DNA of 64,000 bases from Botryllus schlosseri (Eukaryota): contig CM119382.1 of the NCBI GenBank assembly GCA_051294905.1, positions 992,001-1,056,000 on the forward strand, in the 5' to 3' direction. Positions within the stretch are counted from its first letter, which is position 1; the number at the start of each line of letters is the position of its first letter. The translations under genes were made by a program, and so were the position numbers. This document shows positions 1-12,699 of the stretch, piece by piece. The notes beneath the pieces were generated by a model, which was given only the letters and a program-made list of their open reading frames with translations, did not search any database and had not been told where the DNA came from.

Positions 1-869
1 AAAAAACAGCAATCATTCATCACCAACGATTGCACATCGCAATATTCCCCGATTATAACATCGCAAGGAGTTTGCTTCGACCAGGACCAAGACTACAAGC
101 TTTGTTACTGGAGGTCTTGCTCCATACACTAAAAAATGATTTTGTCTGAACTTGGTGTACAGCCTTTTCCCATATTGGTTGACGCCTCCAATCACAGCGA
201 GGTGAAGAAGTTTGGTTTATCACCCTGTGGGGGTCCAAGACCATCGTATTGCTTTTTTCGGGGAGGGGGGGTGACGAAGTGCTGTTTCGGTCCTGAATAA
301 AGGTAAACCTAGACCTGAGCGGTCGTGAGATCAATGAAGCACTTTCTGATAACAAGGAGTTGCTAGAACAGATTGTTTCTGGCGAAAGTATGGAAAATTA
401 TATGCCACGCCTCGTATAAATACACAGTATGTACGAAAACGCTTTTAAAAGTCAATCTAATTTTTCGACTGTCCTTATTTTTGGGTCCACGTCGATGCCA
501 ACCCTGCCTATATGTCTGCGGTTTTTGCTAATATCTGCGATAGCTGGGTATATCCACAGTAGTAATAGCTGAGTATGTCCACACTATCACTACTGTGGAT
601 ATGCTCATAGCTATCACAGATACCACTACTGTGGGTGTGGAATTGTGGATATTCTCAGCTATCGCTACAGTGGATATACTCAGCTATCGCAGATATCACC
701 AAAAACCGTAAACATATAGGTCATGCGTCGTTAAGGACGCAGGTATCACGTCTGACGCATGTCTGTGTCCATTAAGCGCGCATATATCCGGTCCGGACCG
801 TGCCATGCCGGATAAAAATAGTGTGCAGATATCAGGTCTGAGGCATGTCTGGCGCAGCACAAACATTTT

Positions 870-1500
870 CCAGACACGATGTCCGAGTGAAAACACAGTC
901 CGAACATACCCCAGGCATGATGTCCGAACAACTCCCTCCAGATGCGATGTCCCAGTGGCAACACAGTCCTAATACCCCAGGCATGATGTACGAACACGCC
1001 CTAGACACCATGTCCAAATGGCAACACATTCCCTACACACCCTAGGCACGATGTCCGAGCTGCAAAACTGTCCGAACACACCCAAGACATGATGTCCGAC
1101 TACACCCCAGACACGATGTCCGAGGGGCAAAACAGTCCGAACTCACCCCAGACACGATGTCTAAATGGCAAAACATTCCAAACACACCCCAGACACGATG
1201 TCCGGGTGGCAGCACAGTCGTAACACTCCAGACATGATGTCTGAACAGTGAACACGTCCTGGACACGATGTCCGAATGGCAACACATTAGGAACACAGCC
1301 TAGGCAGTAGGCACGATATCCGAGTTGCAAAATTGTCCAAACGCACCCAAGACATGATGTCCCGAAAATACCCCAGACACGATGTCCGAGGGGTAAAACA
1401 GTCCTAACTCACCCCAGATACGATGTCAGAATGGCAACACAGTCCGAACACACCCCAGACTTGTTGCCCGCACACACCCCAGACTCGATGTCCGAACACG
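870..1500 (+). repeat. Compound minisatellite with mixed ~41-bp and ~24-27-bp units
   Basis: Recurrent ccagacacgatgtccga core; higher-order period ~265 bp (1043 vs 1308). Confidence 0.85.
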
Positions 1501-2204
1501 CTCTACTAGTACTGCATTTCCATGTACAAATGAAGCGTGCTCTTAAAACTGCAATTTCATCACTTAGCAGTTTCAAAACCAAAATCAAACAGCTATGAAC
1601 GAATTCTACTTGAAGCAAACTTTCATTTAAGATCGTTTTTTTCAAAATATTTTGATATGTTTCAGAGCAATCCGCTTTATAAGTCGTGTAACGCCTGACT
1701 GATTTTAGATTCCCCCCTCAATTTAACCTTTGACCCTAACCTACCGGGTAATAAATTTCACTTGGAAATGTAGACGATCAGACAAGCTGCAGATAAATCC
1801 AAGTGCCGTATCTCAACTGTCGTCCAACATCTAACTACACCTTCTTGAATATTTCATTAATAAAACCCGAGATGTGCAGACCCATAATGAGCAGAAAATT
1901 GTGAATTTTCAAAGTGACGTAACTTTTGACCCCAAAGACCAATTTTCATAAAATTAAGTTCATCGTGTTTGGAATAAGCTCATCTCTGCGTGTACCAAAT
2001 TCCAGGAGATTTGAAGAGGTAGTGATGTGAACATCGTTTGTCTGTGTAACGTGTATGGAATGGCCCAGTTATATTATATATCCTTGGTCGAATGCCTTGC
2101 CAGACGGTAAATTTGTAGGGCCAGAATACTTGAAAAATAACGTGGCTTCTTAAAGACGAAGTCTAAATTTGTTCGGGTATTGTTCCCTACATGATTAGAC
2201 TAAT

Positions 2205-2380
2205 GAGAGAGAGAATTTATTTGGTTCCCTGAAAAATACATAGATAAATAAATACAAAGCAAAATATAATTCAATTTAGAACCAGGCCGTAGCGAAGGGA
2301 TCTCCAGACCATCAAGTCAGCTACAGCTCTGTGTTTTTAATTCATTACAGCGTTCTTGTGGAGATTCCTCGGAGCGTTTG
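2205..2380 (-). mobile_element. LINE-like 3' remnant
   Basis: aataaa plus (TC)n tail in the same arrangement as the 4463 and 18485 elements, with a different body. Confidence 0.45.
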
Positions 2381-2451
2381 ACCATAGTGTCATATATGGT
2401 GTGGACACGGCGAGAGTGAACGGCTCACTGCATTTGGGTTACGTCATACTT

Positions 2452-2706
2452 TCCATTTGACCAAAGGCAACTTCACGGCCATTTTTGACCGACTTGCCGA
2501 GCGCAAAAAAATAACACAGGTATCAAGGGAAAGTTGCTGCTGTACTGATTACGAAAATATAAATTTTATTCTGTTTATGGTCCTGCAAACCCCCCCCCCC
2601 CCACAATCAGCCTAGTGATTTGCATTGTGGTCGAGTTTTGGCATTGTGACGCAACAATTCTGTCTGGCAAAACGAGAGTGAAGCTGAGAAGAAAGAGCCA
2701 GACAGC
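2452..2706 (+). repeat. Dispersed repeat, second copy at 11482-11740
   Basis: Collinear similarity (catttttgaccg.cttgccgagc ... attacgaaaatataaattttatt ... gacgcaacaat..tgtctggc). Confidence 0.75.
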
Positions 2707-2749
2707 CCTGTTGCGCCACAATGACAAAACTCAATACTGGTTGATTTTA

Positions 2750-3169
2750 GGGGTTTGCAACCGACTCCAACTCCTACTTCAGAGTTTTTTAATATACCGA
2801 CTCCGGGAATTTCAAATTCTCCGACTCCGACATTCCTGTAAATTTACTTGGGAAATTATACCTTCATTACATTTTTAGATATGTATGGTTCACAGAAATT
2901 ATGAAAACTGAAGTTTCAGAAAGAAATTAACTTTGAGATGGCCCGAAAGCGTAAAAACTTGATGACTTCTATAACTGCGACCGCACTTTTCGGTAGCATT
3001 TGGTTCGATTTTAAAGTACCTGGAGTCGGAGTCAGACCATCTTAACAAACTCCAACTCCAGCCAGTATGTGGTTCCAACTCCGACTCGAAGGAGTGCAAC
3101 ACATTTTCTGTGAATCCGACTCCAACAAAAGAACATCGACGTAACTCGACTCCGACTCCACAGCCCGGG
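2750..3169. mobile_element. ggagtcgga-repeat MITE remnant
   Basis: Clustered ccgactcc / ggagtcgg motifs ending gactccacagccc. Confidence 0.5.
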
Positions 3170-3392
3170 TTGTAACCATGTCCGAAACAACATATTTCAT
3201 CCCCCTTCCGCCCCCAAAAAGCACTAATCTTGGGCACACCTGAGTGTAATCGATGCAACTTCGTGCGGACTAAATGGTTAGGGTTAGGACTAAACTAAAT
3301 GCATCTGCTTGTTAAAATTTGTGAATGAATTCTGTTAATAATATTGGTTTTTTCATATATTACTATAAAAATACACCCGTAGATTGCACATC

Positions 3393-3594
3393 CGGTGGTT
3401 TCCAACCTTTTATGGCCGCGAGATCAGTTCCAATTTGAAAATGTTTCGTGGTCTAGCTCAAAAAATGATAGGCTGATTAATACAGAAGTCAGCTTGACGA
3501 GACGTACTCACGGCCCATTTTGGAAGCAGATGAGGTCCAACATCATCGCGATCCCAAGAATAAACGCAAACGACCCCCAGGTTTAAAACAACTG
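3393..3594 (+). mobile_element. Degenerate hAT-type MITE
   Basis: Ends cggtggtttccaacc / ggtttaaaacaactg; TSD not preserved. Confidence 0.55.
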
Positions 3595-3965
3595 TCTTTG
3601 ACCAAACTAAACTAAAGCATCCAAACGGCCTTAACCAACTCTAGGAATATATACCGTTATCTTATAATTGCGCTTACAATTACACTTATTTCAGTAAGTG
3701 GTGGTTATTTGTATTTATTTTAGATTGCATTTTTTACGATGGCGGTCCGTGGTCTCTATATTGATATCAATAAACGTTGTATTAAATCGCAGCGCAAAGA
3801 AAAATTTCAAATAGCATAAATCGGCTTAAAACTAATATTATTTATGTTGATTTACGAAAATATTTTGAGCCTACTTCAAGCCTTCAAAATTCCGGACATT
3901 TTGGCATATTTTAGAATTTCCTCCCGGACGCAGTTTTTACGGTGAAATTCCGGACGTATGGCAAC

Positions 3966-5192
3966 TAGGGCTGGGCACAATGATTCGATTACTCGAATCT
4001 GAATCGAGTCTTAATTTTAATAATTCGAGTCGAGTAGTAAAAGACGATTTTTTCGAATACTGAAATTATACGCTCCTCGCCACTGAAAGTTAATTTATCA
4101 ACGAAAATTACAGTTTCGATACTAATTTTCCATGTTGAAGCCTTGAAACATTGATTGGCCGTATTGCAACATAATAAACACATAGTACAAAGCTACAAAC
4201 GTTACTGGAAATAGCGCATTTTCGAAGTCATGATCATCCAACAACATTGTCACCAAGTGCAATGAAATCGGTATGGTCGAAAAGATACCAAAGTTGCCTT
4301 AATGTGATGGATAACAGGCATTTTGTTCTTTGTGGTGACATAAAAGGTACGTATTTGAACTTTGACATATCATATTCTATTATGACGTTATAATGAGTGA
4401 TACTCGATTACTCGACTCGACTCATAGCATATTACGTGATTCAGAATCGAATCACTCAGGTAGAGAGAGAGAGAGAGTCTTTATTTTCATCGAACCAAAA
4501 TACATAACAAACGGCAGTGATGGTGGTACAGAAAATATGCGTGCACAGTATTCGGTATTAGATAGGAATGATCGATAAGACCGTGAAGGTCATCTAGTCT
4601 GATCACACCAGCATCCAACAGGTACACTTGACTCAGAACAGTCTGGCTGTAAAAAAATGTTTAGTTAAGAAAGGAAAATAGAAAAAAAATTAAACAATGG
4701 TAGCAAATGATCAATGAAGCAATGTCTGGGCGAGGTAGGGCAACAGTGTTAGTGTAACAACAAGAGGTGATCAAGTAGGGCTTTTTTGAATCTATTATAA
4801 GGCAATTCACGGATATGTGATGGTAATGCATTCCAGATGATAGGTCCCGAGTAGTCGATAGATCTCTTACTGAGGTTGCTATTGGGTTGGGGTAAGTAGA
4901 CGTTTCCTTTAGACGAAGATCTCGTGTAATGAGAATGGACAGGACATGTTTAGCAGGTATGAAAAAGTCATCAAACACAGGAGGCAGACTATTGCAAAAA
5001 TATTTGTGAACAACTTTTGATACTTCGAAGCGATACAGTTCATCAACTCGCAAAATTCGATGCTTACGGTAGTAAGGCGATAAATTGGTACGTAAAGGTA
5101 CAGATGAGATCAGCCGTATCGCACGGTTTTGCAGGGTTCGAATTCTGCACAAAAATGTTGTACATGCATGTACTCGATTTTCCCCAGCCCTA
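3966..5192 (-). mobile_element. MITE family B copy, interrupted by a LINE and inserted in a Blackjack TIR
   Basis: Inverted homologue of 6520-7024; TSD atggcaac (3958-3965, 5193-5200); its last ~20 bp resume after the LINE at 5173. Confidence 0.88.
4463..5169 (-). mobile_element. 5'-truncated LINE (L2/CR1-group) 3' end
   Basis: ORF2 tail LQNRAIRLIS...YRFEVSKVVHKY, frameshift, RSIDYSGPIIWNALP; aataaa followed by a (TC)n tail; possible gta TSD. Confidence 0.85.
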
Positions 5193-6325
5193 ATGGCAAC
5201 CCTAAGCTGTACTCACTTTTCAAAATGCTCAGCTAGAACTAAAGCTAGTACTAAATCAGTGGATCCTAAAGTGGGCGCCAGCGCCCCCTGGGGGTGTTCG
5301 CGAGCGTGAAGGGGGCGCTGGTCACGAAATGGGCGATTGGGGGGGGGGGGCGCTGGCTCTAACAGTGGGGCGGTAGGGAGGCGCTGAGAGAAAATGAGGC
5401 GGTATAGGTTTAGAAGACAACTGCTGCGTAGTGTTGAAACTATTGATAAATAAAGCAGCTAAATTCGCAGTAAAAATGCGGAATCGATTCAGCTGTACCG
5501 GAAAAGTCCATTGTTACTTTACAATGTTGAACCTGCCCATCAATGGACTAATTTAGCAGACGGCAGTATCCCTGAAAAGCGTGGTTCCCTGAGTGTTGTG
5601 AGAATTTGAGCAGGTATTGCTCACTGCAAGGTGTGATGGCATTACAGAAACTGCCTTGCCTGATTTTACTTTGTGTCAAACGATCGTGGATTTACCACAG
5701 TGCCGCGACCGTGGCCTTCGACACAGCGTTTCTGGTTGCGAGAAATGATATCGCTTCCACTTGACGGGCATATTTTCCAAAATTTATGAGTAGAATATAT
5801 CCGTTCTTAGTAATGATGAACCTGATAAAGGTTAAAATGGCACTGTCCGGATTCAATGATAAGCCCGTGATATTTCACCGTAATTTGATGGAGAAACATA
5901 AAGCAATCAACTCAGAAAATTGCACGAGGAGATGGTGATTCCAGGATATATTCCAATAAAAAATTCCTCTCCGGATATTCAATCCATTCTGTGAAGTTTA
6001 CGATCATGAAATGACTGGGGATCTGATTACATTGCAGTGTAGAACAAGTTTGAGTTCAACCCAAAGTTCAGTATCTCCAATCAATCGTTTTGGATACACA
6101 ATTGAATCAAATAGCAATACTCTCACTGGAGTCGGTTCGAGTTTTTCATCATTGCCCTTCCCCGCTCATATTTGATAGAACGTGTTTTAAGTGCCGTGAT
6201 AAGGTGATAAGGCTCACAGCAGAAATCGACTCGACAGTACGGGACGTGAACCCTGGAGATTTTAGAATGAGATTGTTCTTATCACGACTCAAACCCAATA
6301 TGTCGAGGATGATGATAATAATACA

Positions 6326-7433
6326 CATGGTTGCAACCAAGTCACAAGGCTCCGAGTCACAAGTCAATCTCAGTTTTATAGTTTTGACTCGAGTCAAGTC
6401 GAGTCATTTTCAATTCACTACCGAGTCAAGTCCAAGTCGAAGTCACCGAGCAGAGGGTCGAGTCCGAGTCATGGTATTATGACTCGAGTCGAGTCCAAGT
6501 CATTGTGTTGACTGCCCAGTAGGGCTGGGCAAAATCGAGTACCTGAGTGATTCGATTCTGAATCACGTAATATGCTCCGAGTCGAGTCGAGTAATCGAGT
6601 ATCACTCATTATGACGTCATAACAGAATGTAATGTATCAAAATTCAAATATGAACCTTTTATGCGACTACAAAGAATATAATGCCTATTAAAGATACTTT
6701 GGTATTCTTCCGACCTTACCGATTTCATTGCACTTGGTGACAATGTTGTGGGATGACCATGACTTCGGAAATGTGCTATTTCCAGTAACGTTCGTAGCTT
6801 TGTACTATATGTTTCGTGTGCTACGATAAGGCCAATCACGGTTTCAAGGCTTCAACAGTGCAAATTAGTATCGAAACTATAATCCTCGTTGATAAATTAA
6901 CTTTCAGTTGCGAGAAGCGTATAATTTCAGTACTCGAAAAAATGGCCTTATACTACTCGACTCGAATCATTAAAATTAATACTCGATTCAGATTCGAGTA
7001 CTCGAATCATTGTGCCCAGACCTACTGCCCAGTTTTCAGTTAAAGGCTTATAAATCCACTTTTTATAACTTTGTTTGGTGATATCGAATGGTTTTCATTT
7101 ATAATATTCTAATTTTCGTCATTTTTAGCAGTTTCTGGACGCATTTTCAAGTACCAGTACCAATAGACGAAATCCCAATAGTGTGATTACTTTACTATTC
7201 CTCGAATTTACAATGAAACGTCGGTCTTGGCCTTCTGAGTCTCGAGTCATATGACTTGGTTCGAGTCATGCGCAATGACTCGAGTCCAAGTCGAGTCAAT
7301 ACACAAATTGACTCGAGTCGAGTCGAGACATTTCCGTATTTTGAGAAAATGACTCGAGTCAAGTCGAGTCATCTGAAAAACGTGACTCGAGTCGGACTCG
7401 AGTCGAGTCATGACTCGAGTCATTACAACCCTG
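6326..7433 (+). mobile_element. hAT-type MITE family A (gactcgagtc-rich), nested in the Charlie element
   Basis: Ends catggttgcaacc / tacaaccctg; perfect TSD ataataca (6318-6325, 7434-7441). Confidence 0.88.
6520..7024 (+). mobile_element. hAT-type MITE family B (tagggctgggc TIR), nested in family A
   Basis: Ends tagggctgggca / tgcccagaccta; perfect TSD ctgcccag (6512-6519, 7025-7032). Confidence 0.9.
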
Positions 7434-7633
7434 ATAATACAACAGCTTCATCCGTCTCATTATAAGCTGTAATAAATGCAGAACAACTTTCATTTTATCA
7501 TTTAGGCGTGGTGTGAGGGGGGTGTCGGGGGGCGCTGGCACTTTATTCGTTGTCCAGGGGGGCGGTACCTAAAAATGTTTGGGAGACACTGTACTAAATT
7601 GTCAAACCTAAAACTAAACCTGAAACTACTCAC

Positions 7634-8280
7634 TCTTCGAGATCCGCAATTAGCAATCTGTATTTCCAAATCTCTCTATCACCTTTATCCTCCAAAGTTT
7701 CAGGGTAATTGTTGCTGAAGTGCGTCGCAATAAACGTTTGATCAGTAGACCTGGCCGAGTAATTATGATAATGTTTCTTAATAGTATGGTTATAATGTGA
7801 GGATTGCAAAGAACAAATATTGACACAACAGCTGTAACAGTGACCATAGTTGGGACGTTGTACTTGGTAGTTCTTTTTCCTATTGTTTGTTTCACCCAAT
7901 CGTTTTGCCGAAAATATTGGATATCAAAATTTGTTGATGCTAAATGCTCATTTTTAGATCAATAACTAGTTTAGTTTCATACAGGCCATTATGTTTTTAG
8001 TTTATTGGGTATTGTGAGACGAATACAGCACCAGTATTCATCCTTCAATATTTGGAACTCGGAATAACGTTGAATTTGTTTATTGCTGTGATCTACTGTA
8101 AGATCCTGGAATAATTTTTTGGAGGATCAAAATGGCGTCACACATTGCGAGTCTTCATTGTCACACAAAAGCTCATCAATGTGATATTTCTGGGAAAGAT
8201 GTTACTCGAAAATACGATCTCAGGATTGTTACAGATATGCATACCGGTGTCAAAACACATGAATAGTATAGGATGGGATT
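7634..8280 (-). pseudogene. Membrane-protein remnant (7TM-like), family unresolved
   Basis: TMVTVTAVVSIFVLCNPHIITILL resembles a GPCR TM6; frameshifted; ends at a gtgagt donor. Confidence 0.3.
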
Positions 8281-9254
8281 CGTTTGGCGCCGTCCAATCA
8301 GAGAACGCCACGTCGCCCTAATTGCCACGCCTATACGACGCCCATTGCCACATCATCAGCCACGCCCATTGCTACATCATCAGCTGCGTCATCAGTCACG
8401 TGCCACATCATCAAGCGCCGCGTCTATATAACGCCCATTGCCACATCATCATGATTATGCGAACTAACCTGTTTTTTGAGAATATTAATTCTCGCATAAT
8501 ACAGTGAACGTTGAACAAGATTTCAGGACGTCATCACAGAGGAATCAGCTAACTATCTTGATCTAGGTTGTAGGCTCAATTCCTGTAGTCACCACATTTC
8601 ATACGATTCAGTCCTTTTCCTATCTTCTAGCACATTGCTTTTCAGCCTTTTTGAGCTTCATTCGCACGTTTTTTGTAAAATAAATTTCATTCGCACAAAC
8701 TAACCGAATATTGTTATACGAAAAGAAGATGAAAATACAACATTTGTTTGCTCAGATTTTCAACAAATTGGCTACTATCTTATTTTAAGCTATTAAGTGT
8801 CTCATTAAATAGGCTGTACTATTTTCGCTCGTTTTGATTTCAACTATTTCACTAAAAGCCTTCTATACTAGTGCTTGGATGAACAGGCCTTTAAGTCTTT
8901 TCTGCACTCCTATCCAACATATACAGCGTATTTTTCAAGAGTGAAAAATCGTTGCTGGACAAAATTTTGAGATTTTGAGAGCTGACAAAAAGGTCTAGGA
9001 GGCTCCAGTATGTCCGAAGTGTGAATAACTCACCTGTTTGTGTTGAGGCTTTTGCCTTATGTCTTGGAATATAAGGTCCAAATGATCAAGGAGAGTAGGC
9101 AGCTTATAGAGCTCGCTATCTTATGATACGTTGCTCCAACTTTTTTTCGATTTCCCATTTTCCGTCTCGAGAGTATGTGGTAAGAGCAAATAAACTCACG
9201 ATACTGTGTGTTCTGCTCTTTAGCTCAATACGATACTGTGTGTTCTGCTCTTTA

Positions 9255-9873
9255 GCTCAATTTAACTTGAGAATTCATGACAGTTTAATAACGTTAAAGC
9301 AGTATTTCAGACTACCACCAAAATCTGAGTTTTTGTGGCATCTCGCGACCCGAGCTCCACCCATAAAAATGAATTCATTTCAAATATTACAGTAGTATGC
9401 TATGATGTGAAGGACATGCATGACATACAGAACGCACCGCAACAATTCTATCCAGCACAGCTCAATTTAACTTGAGAATTCATGACAGTTTAATAACGTT
9501 AAAGCAGTTTTTCAGACTACCACCAAAATCTGAGTTTTTGTGGCATCTCGCGACCCGAGCTCCACCCATAAAAAGGAATTCATTTTAAATATTACAGTAG
9601 TATGCTATGATGTGAAGGACATGCATGACATACAGAACGCACCGCAACAATTCTATCCAGCACAGCTCAATTTAACTTGAGAATTCATGACAGTTTAATA
9701 ACGTTGAAGCAGTTTTTCAGACTACCACCAAAATCTGAGTTTTTGTGGCATCTCGCGACCCGAGCTCCACCCATAAAAAGGAATTCATTTTAAATATTAC
9801 AGTAGTATGCTATGATGTGAAGGACATGCATGACATACAGAACGCACCGCAACAATTCTATCCAGCACAGCTC
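9255..9873 (+). repeat. Three near-identical 205-bp tandem units, preceded by a 32-bp duplication (9198-9261)
   Basis: Units start at 9255, 9460 and 9665; only a few substitutions seen. Confidence 0.93.
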
Positions 9874-10962
9874 TACCAAATATGTCTGACGCACGCGATT
9901 TCAAATCATGGTGAATTAAATTCCTTTGCGTGTCGCAGTTGTACTACTATCTACTCCAGGGGTGTCAAGCATACGGCCCGTCAGCTGATTTCATCAGGCC
10001 CGCGAAGCAATTTTGAGTAGATTGATAAATGCTTGAATATCCAGAACATTTCTAATAGAATGAACATTTCTAAAATATGTTGAGATTTTTAGTAAGAAAT
10101 ATAACCAATATACAGTCCTTCAAGATGACACATGTCAAGCATGTTTATGGGCAACATTATAACAACTAGACTACGGCGTTGAGGTTTCTAGTCACCATTA
10201 GTACCGTCGCTGACATTGACACCAAATTCCGAGAAGGCAAGAAAGTGCGGACTCATTTCACTGACGAAAGATTAGTTATTCACGGAAGAGAAAACGCCAA
10301 GAACCCTGATATGCAGGTTACATGGAAAATATATTAGAGGTCTCCAGCCTCTCGAGAAACTCGATTAGCGATATAATACTATAAAACAAATTCCAACGAC
10401 CGTGTTTCCATTCCTCACAACGCATTTGCAAGGTTGATGCCAATATATCACTAAAACGAACGGAGCGTAGAAATATGCCAACTTTAACCATCGTTAGAGC
10501 CATTGCTTTATAGGCTTATAACTTTACTCATCTGCCCAATCATCGTGATATTACGAATTCCACTGTTTGCAAATAAAAGGTTCAGCTAGAATCACTGGCG
10601 TAGCAGCGTGTGCTGCCGCCCCTGGCTCTCGCTTAAAATGCCGCCCCCTTCCCCTAAGTAGACCGCAGCAAATTTCGACATATATTGATGTTCAAGCAGT
10701 CCTGTCAATAAAAATAATTAGAACTAATATAATAAGGCCAGAAATAATAAAGACAAGAAATAGCGAACGAATGTATTGTACAAATAGAAAATCAATAGCC
10801 GCCTCAAAACTTAACTTTTCGGGCTTTCGCAGAAGCAAAATCAGCGGTAATATCCTCACATTAAAGTTTTTGAACGTAGTCTCTTTCTATAGACAGAATG
10901 GATAAATCTGATAGCCGATCATCATTCATGGTAGAACGTAAATAAGACTTAATCAGTTTGAG

Positions 10963-11415
10963 CAGTGCTTTTCAACCTTTTTCAGCTCCGATATCACTTT
11001 TTTTGTAAAATAAATTTCATTCGCACAAGCTAATCGAAAATTGTTATACAAAAAGAAGATGAAGATAGGCCTATACTTAATAATATTTTGTTCAGATGTG
11101 CAACAAACTGGCTACTATGTAGCTTAATCTATCAAGTGTCTCATTAAAAAGGCAACTTTTTTCGCTCGTTTTGCTTTCACTACGGCTTGTGACAATTACG
11201 ATTAGTGGTGCGACGTATTAAGTTTTTACAATTGCGTCGCAACTACAAATGTTACACTGACCTTAAATTTTCTATTAGGTTTATTTGAATAATTCCACCT
11301 CAGAAAAGTTAACAATTAATCACGATTTTCATTCGCACCATCTCCGTCATTCGCACTGCAATTTTTTTCATTCGCACAAGTGCGAGCGAACCGTCACGCA
11401 GGTTGAAAAGCATTG
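10963..11415 (+). mobile_element. hAT (Charlie-type) MITE; partial second copy at ~8630-8830
   Basis: TIR cagtgcttttcaacct / aggttgaaaagcattg; perfect TSD agtttgag. Confidence 0.88.
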
Positions 11416-12699
11416 AGTTTGAGCATAGTGTCCTATATCGTGTCGACACAGGCAAATCTCACGCCTCAGTGAAATTGTATCACGTCACAATTTCCATTTG
11501 GCTACAGGTAATTTGACGGTCATTTTTGACCGGCTTGCCGAGCATTAAATTTGGTTAAACAGGTATCAATCGAAAGCTGACTCTGCACTAATTACGAAAA
11601 TATAAATTTTATTCCGCTCGTGGCCCTGGAACTCCCACAATCAGCCTCGAATTTTTCATTGTTATGGAGATTGACATTGGGACGCAACAATGCTGTCTGG
11701 CGAAACGAGAGACTAGCTCAAGAGAAAAAGAGTTAGACAGCATTGTTCAACTACTTCAAGTAGTTTTAGGTTGCCTATGGAAAAAGTACTTCTACTTGTA
11801 CTTGAGTAGATTTTTTCTTCTGTACTTCTACTTCTACTTGAGTAGCTTTCTTGACTACTTTGACCACCTCTGCCTGAAACTGAAGCTGTAGCGATAAGAA
11901 GACAATATCACCAAGCTCCCTTAGGATTAACGGTATCATATCCAAATCGAATTATCAATGCCATGACAAAATCCTTATCCCAGTAATCGTGAAAACAGCA
12001 CTCAAGGCCAGCAGGAATTTTTGAGCAGAAGCATATGTTTATTTACCTGGATACAACGAGTTAAGCAATCTACATCAGGAAGATATTTGCAAATGAATAC
12101 ATACGGTGACACATATATAACCTTATCCCGTCCGAACCATCGAAATTGATACCTCCAGGCCAAAGAGTAATCAAAACAGTCACATCACCCAACCACTTTT
12201 GCCTTGACTACCAGCTTAACGCGCAACTATCAACTTAACCCAAAGATGGAGGCCAATTGATCACGCAAATATCGCGAGTAGCGCACTCCAGTGTTTATAT
12301 AGCTCAGTGGGCTATATTTACCTTATATTTTCAATGGTCAATTTCAATACATTATGACGTCACAATTGAATATTCGTGACGTCATGGCTTAAAAACAAAA
12401 GGCAATAAAAACATGTTTTAAATTAGGGCCTTGTTTTAAACATGTTTGATATTACCTGATTTTTGTTTCAAATGCAACCCTAGTCTAAAGGGTGTGTGGT
12501 ACTATCACTCTCGCAGAACTGAGCTCCAACGCGACACAGTTGAATCACCAGTCCGATTAGCCTTTTCTACACCTAACAAAAATTGCTGTTTCATTTTGAA
12601 AAATGAATGAAGCTAAATATTACTTCATAGTATGTACCAAAGCGTGTGTCGAATTTTTTGACCACGTGGCGCCCTCTAAAAGCGAAATAGTTCGCGGTC

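Larger units (their letters stand above)
3885..5204. mobile_element. Right end of a hAT-Blackjack-type element, split by MITE B
   Basis: ccggacgtatggcaac...atggcaacccta reconstructs a TAGGGTTGCCATACGTCC-type TIR; left end not seen. Confidence 0.6.
5257..7591 (+). mobile_element. Degenerate hAT (Charlie/Buster-type) transposon with transposase C-terminal remnant
   Basis: TIRs cagtggatcctaaa / tttgggagacactg and perfect 8-bp TSD tactaaat (5249-5256, 7592-7599). Remnant peptides FNPF...LITLQC, LPFP/SYLIER, RNRLD, GDFRMRLFLSRLKPNM and, after the nested insert, QQLHPSH, which matches the Buster-type C-terminus. Confidence 0.85.

Noticed and set aside
845-1045. ORF with TPDTMSEWQHSPN-like repeats suggesting a repetitive protein
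   Set aside because: Several units are 41 bp, so the frame shifts and stops; this is a non-coding minisatellite
9255-9873. CRISPR-like regular repetition here and in the gactcgagtc elements
   Set aside because: No unique spacers, eukaryotic context, no cas genes
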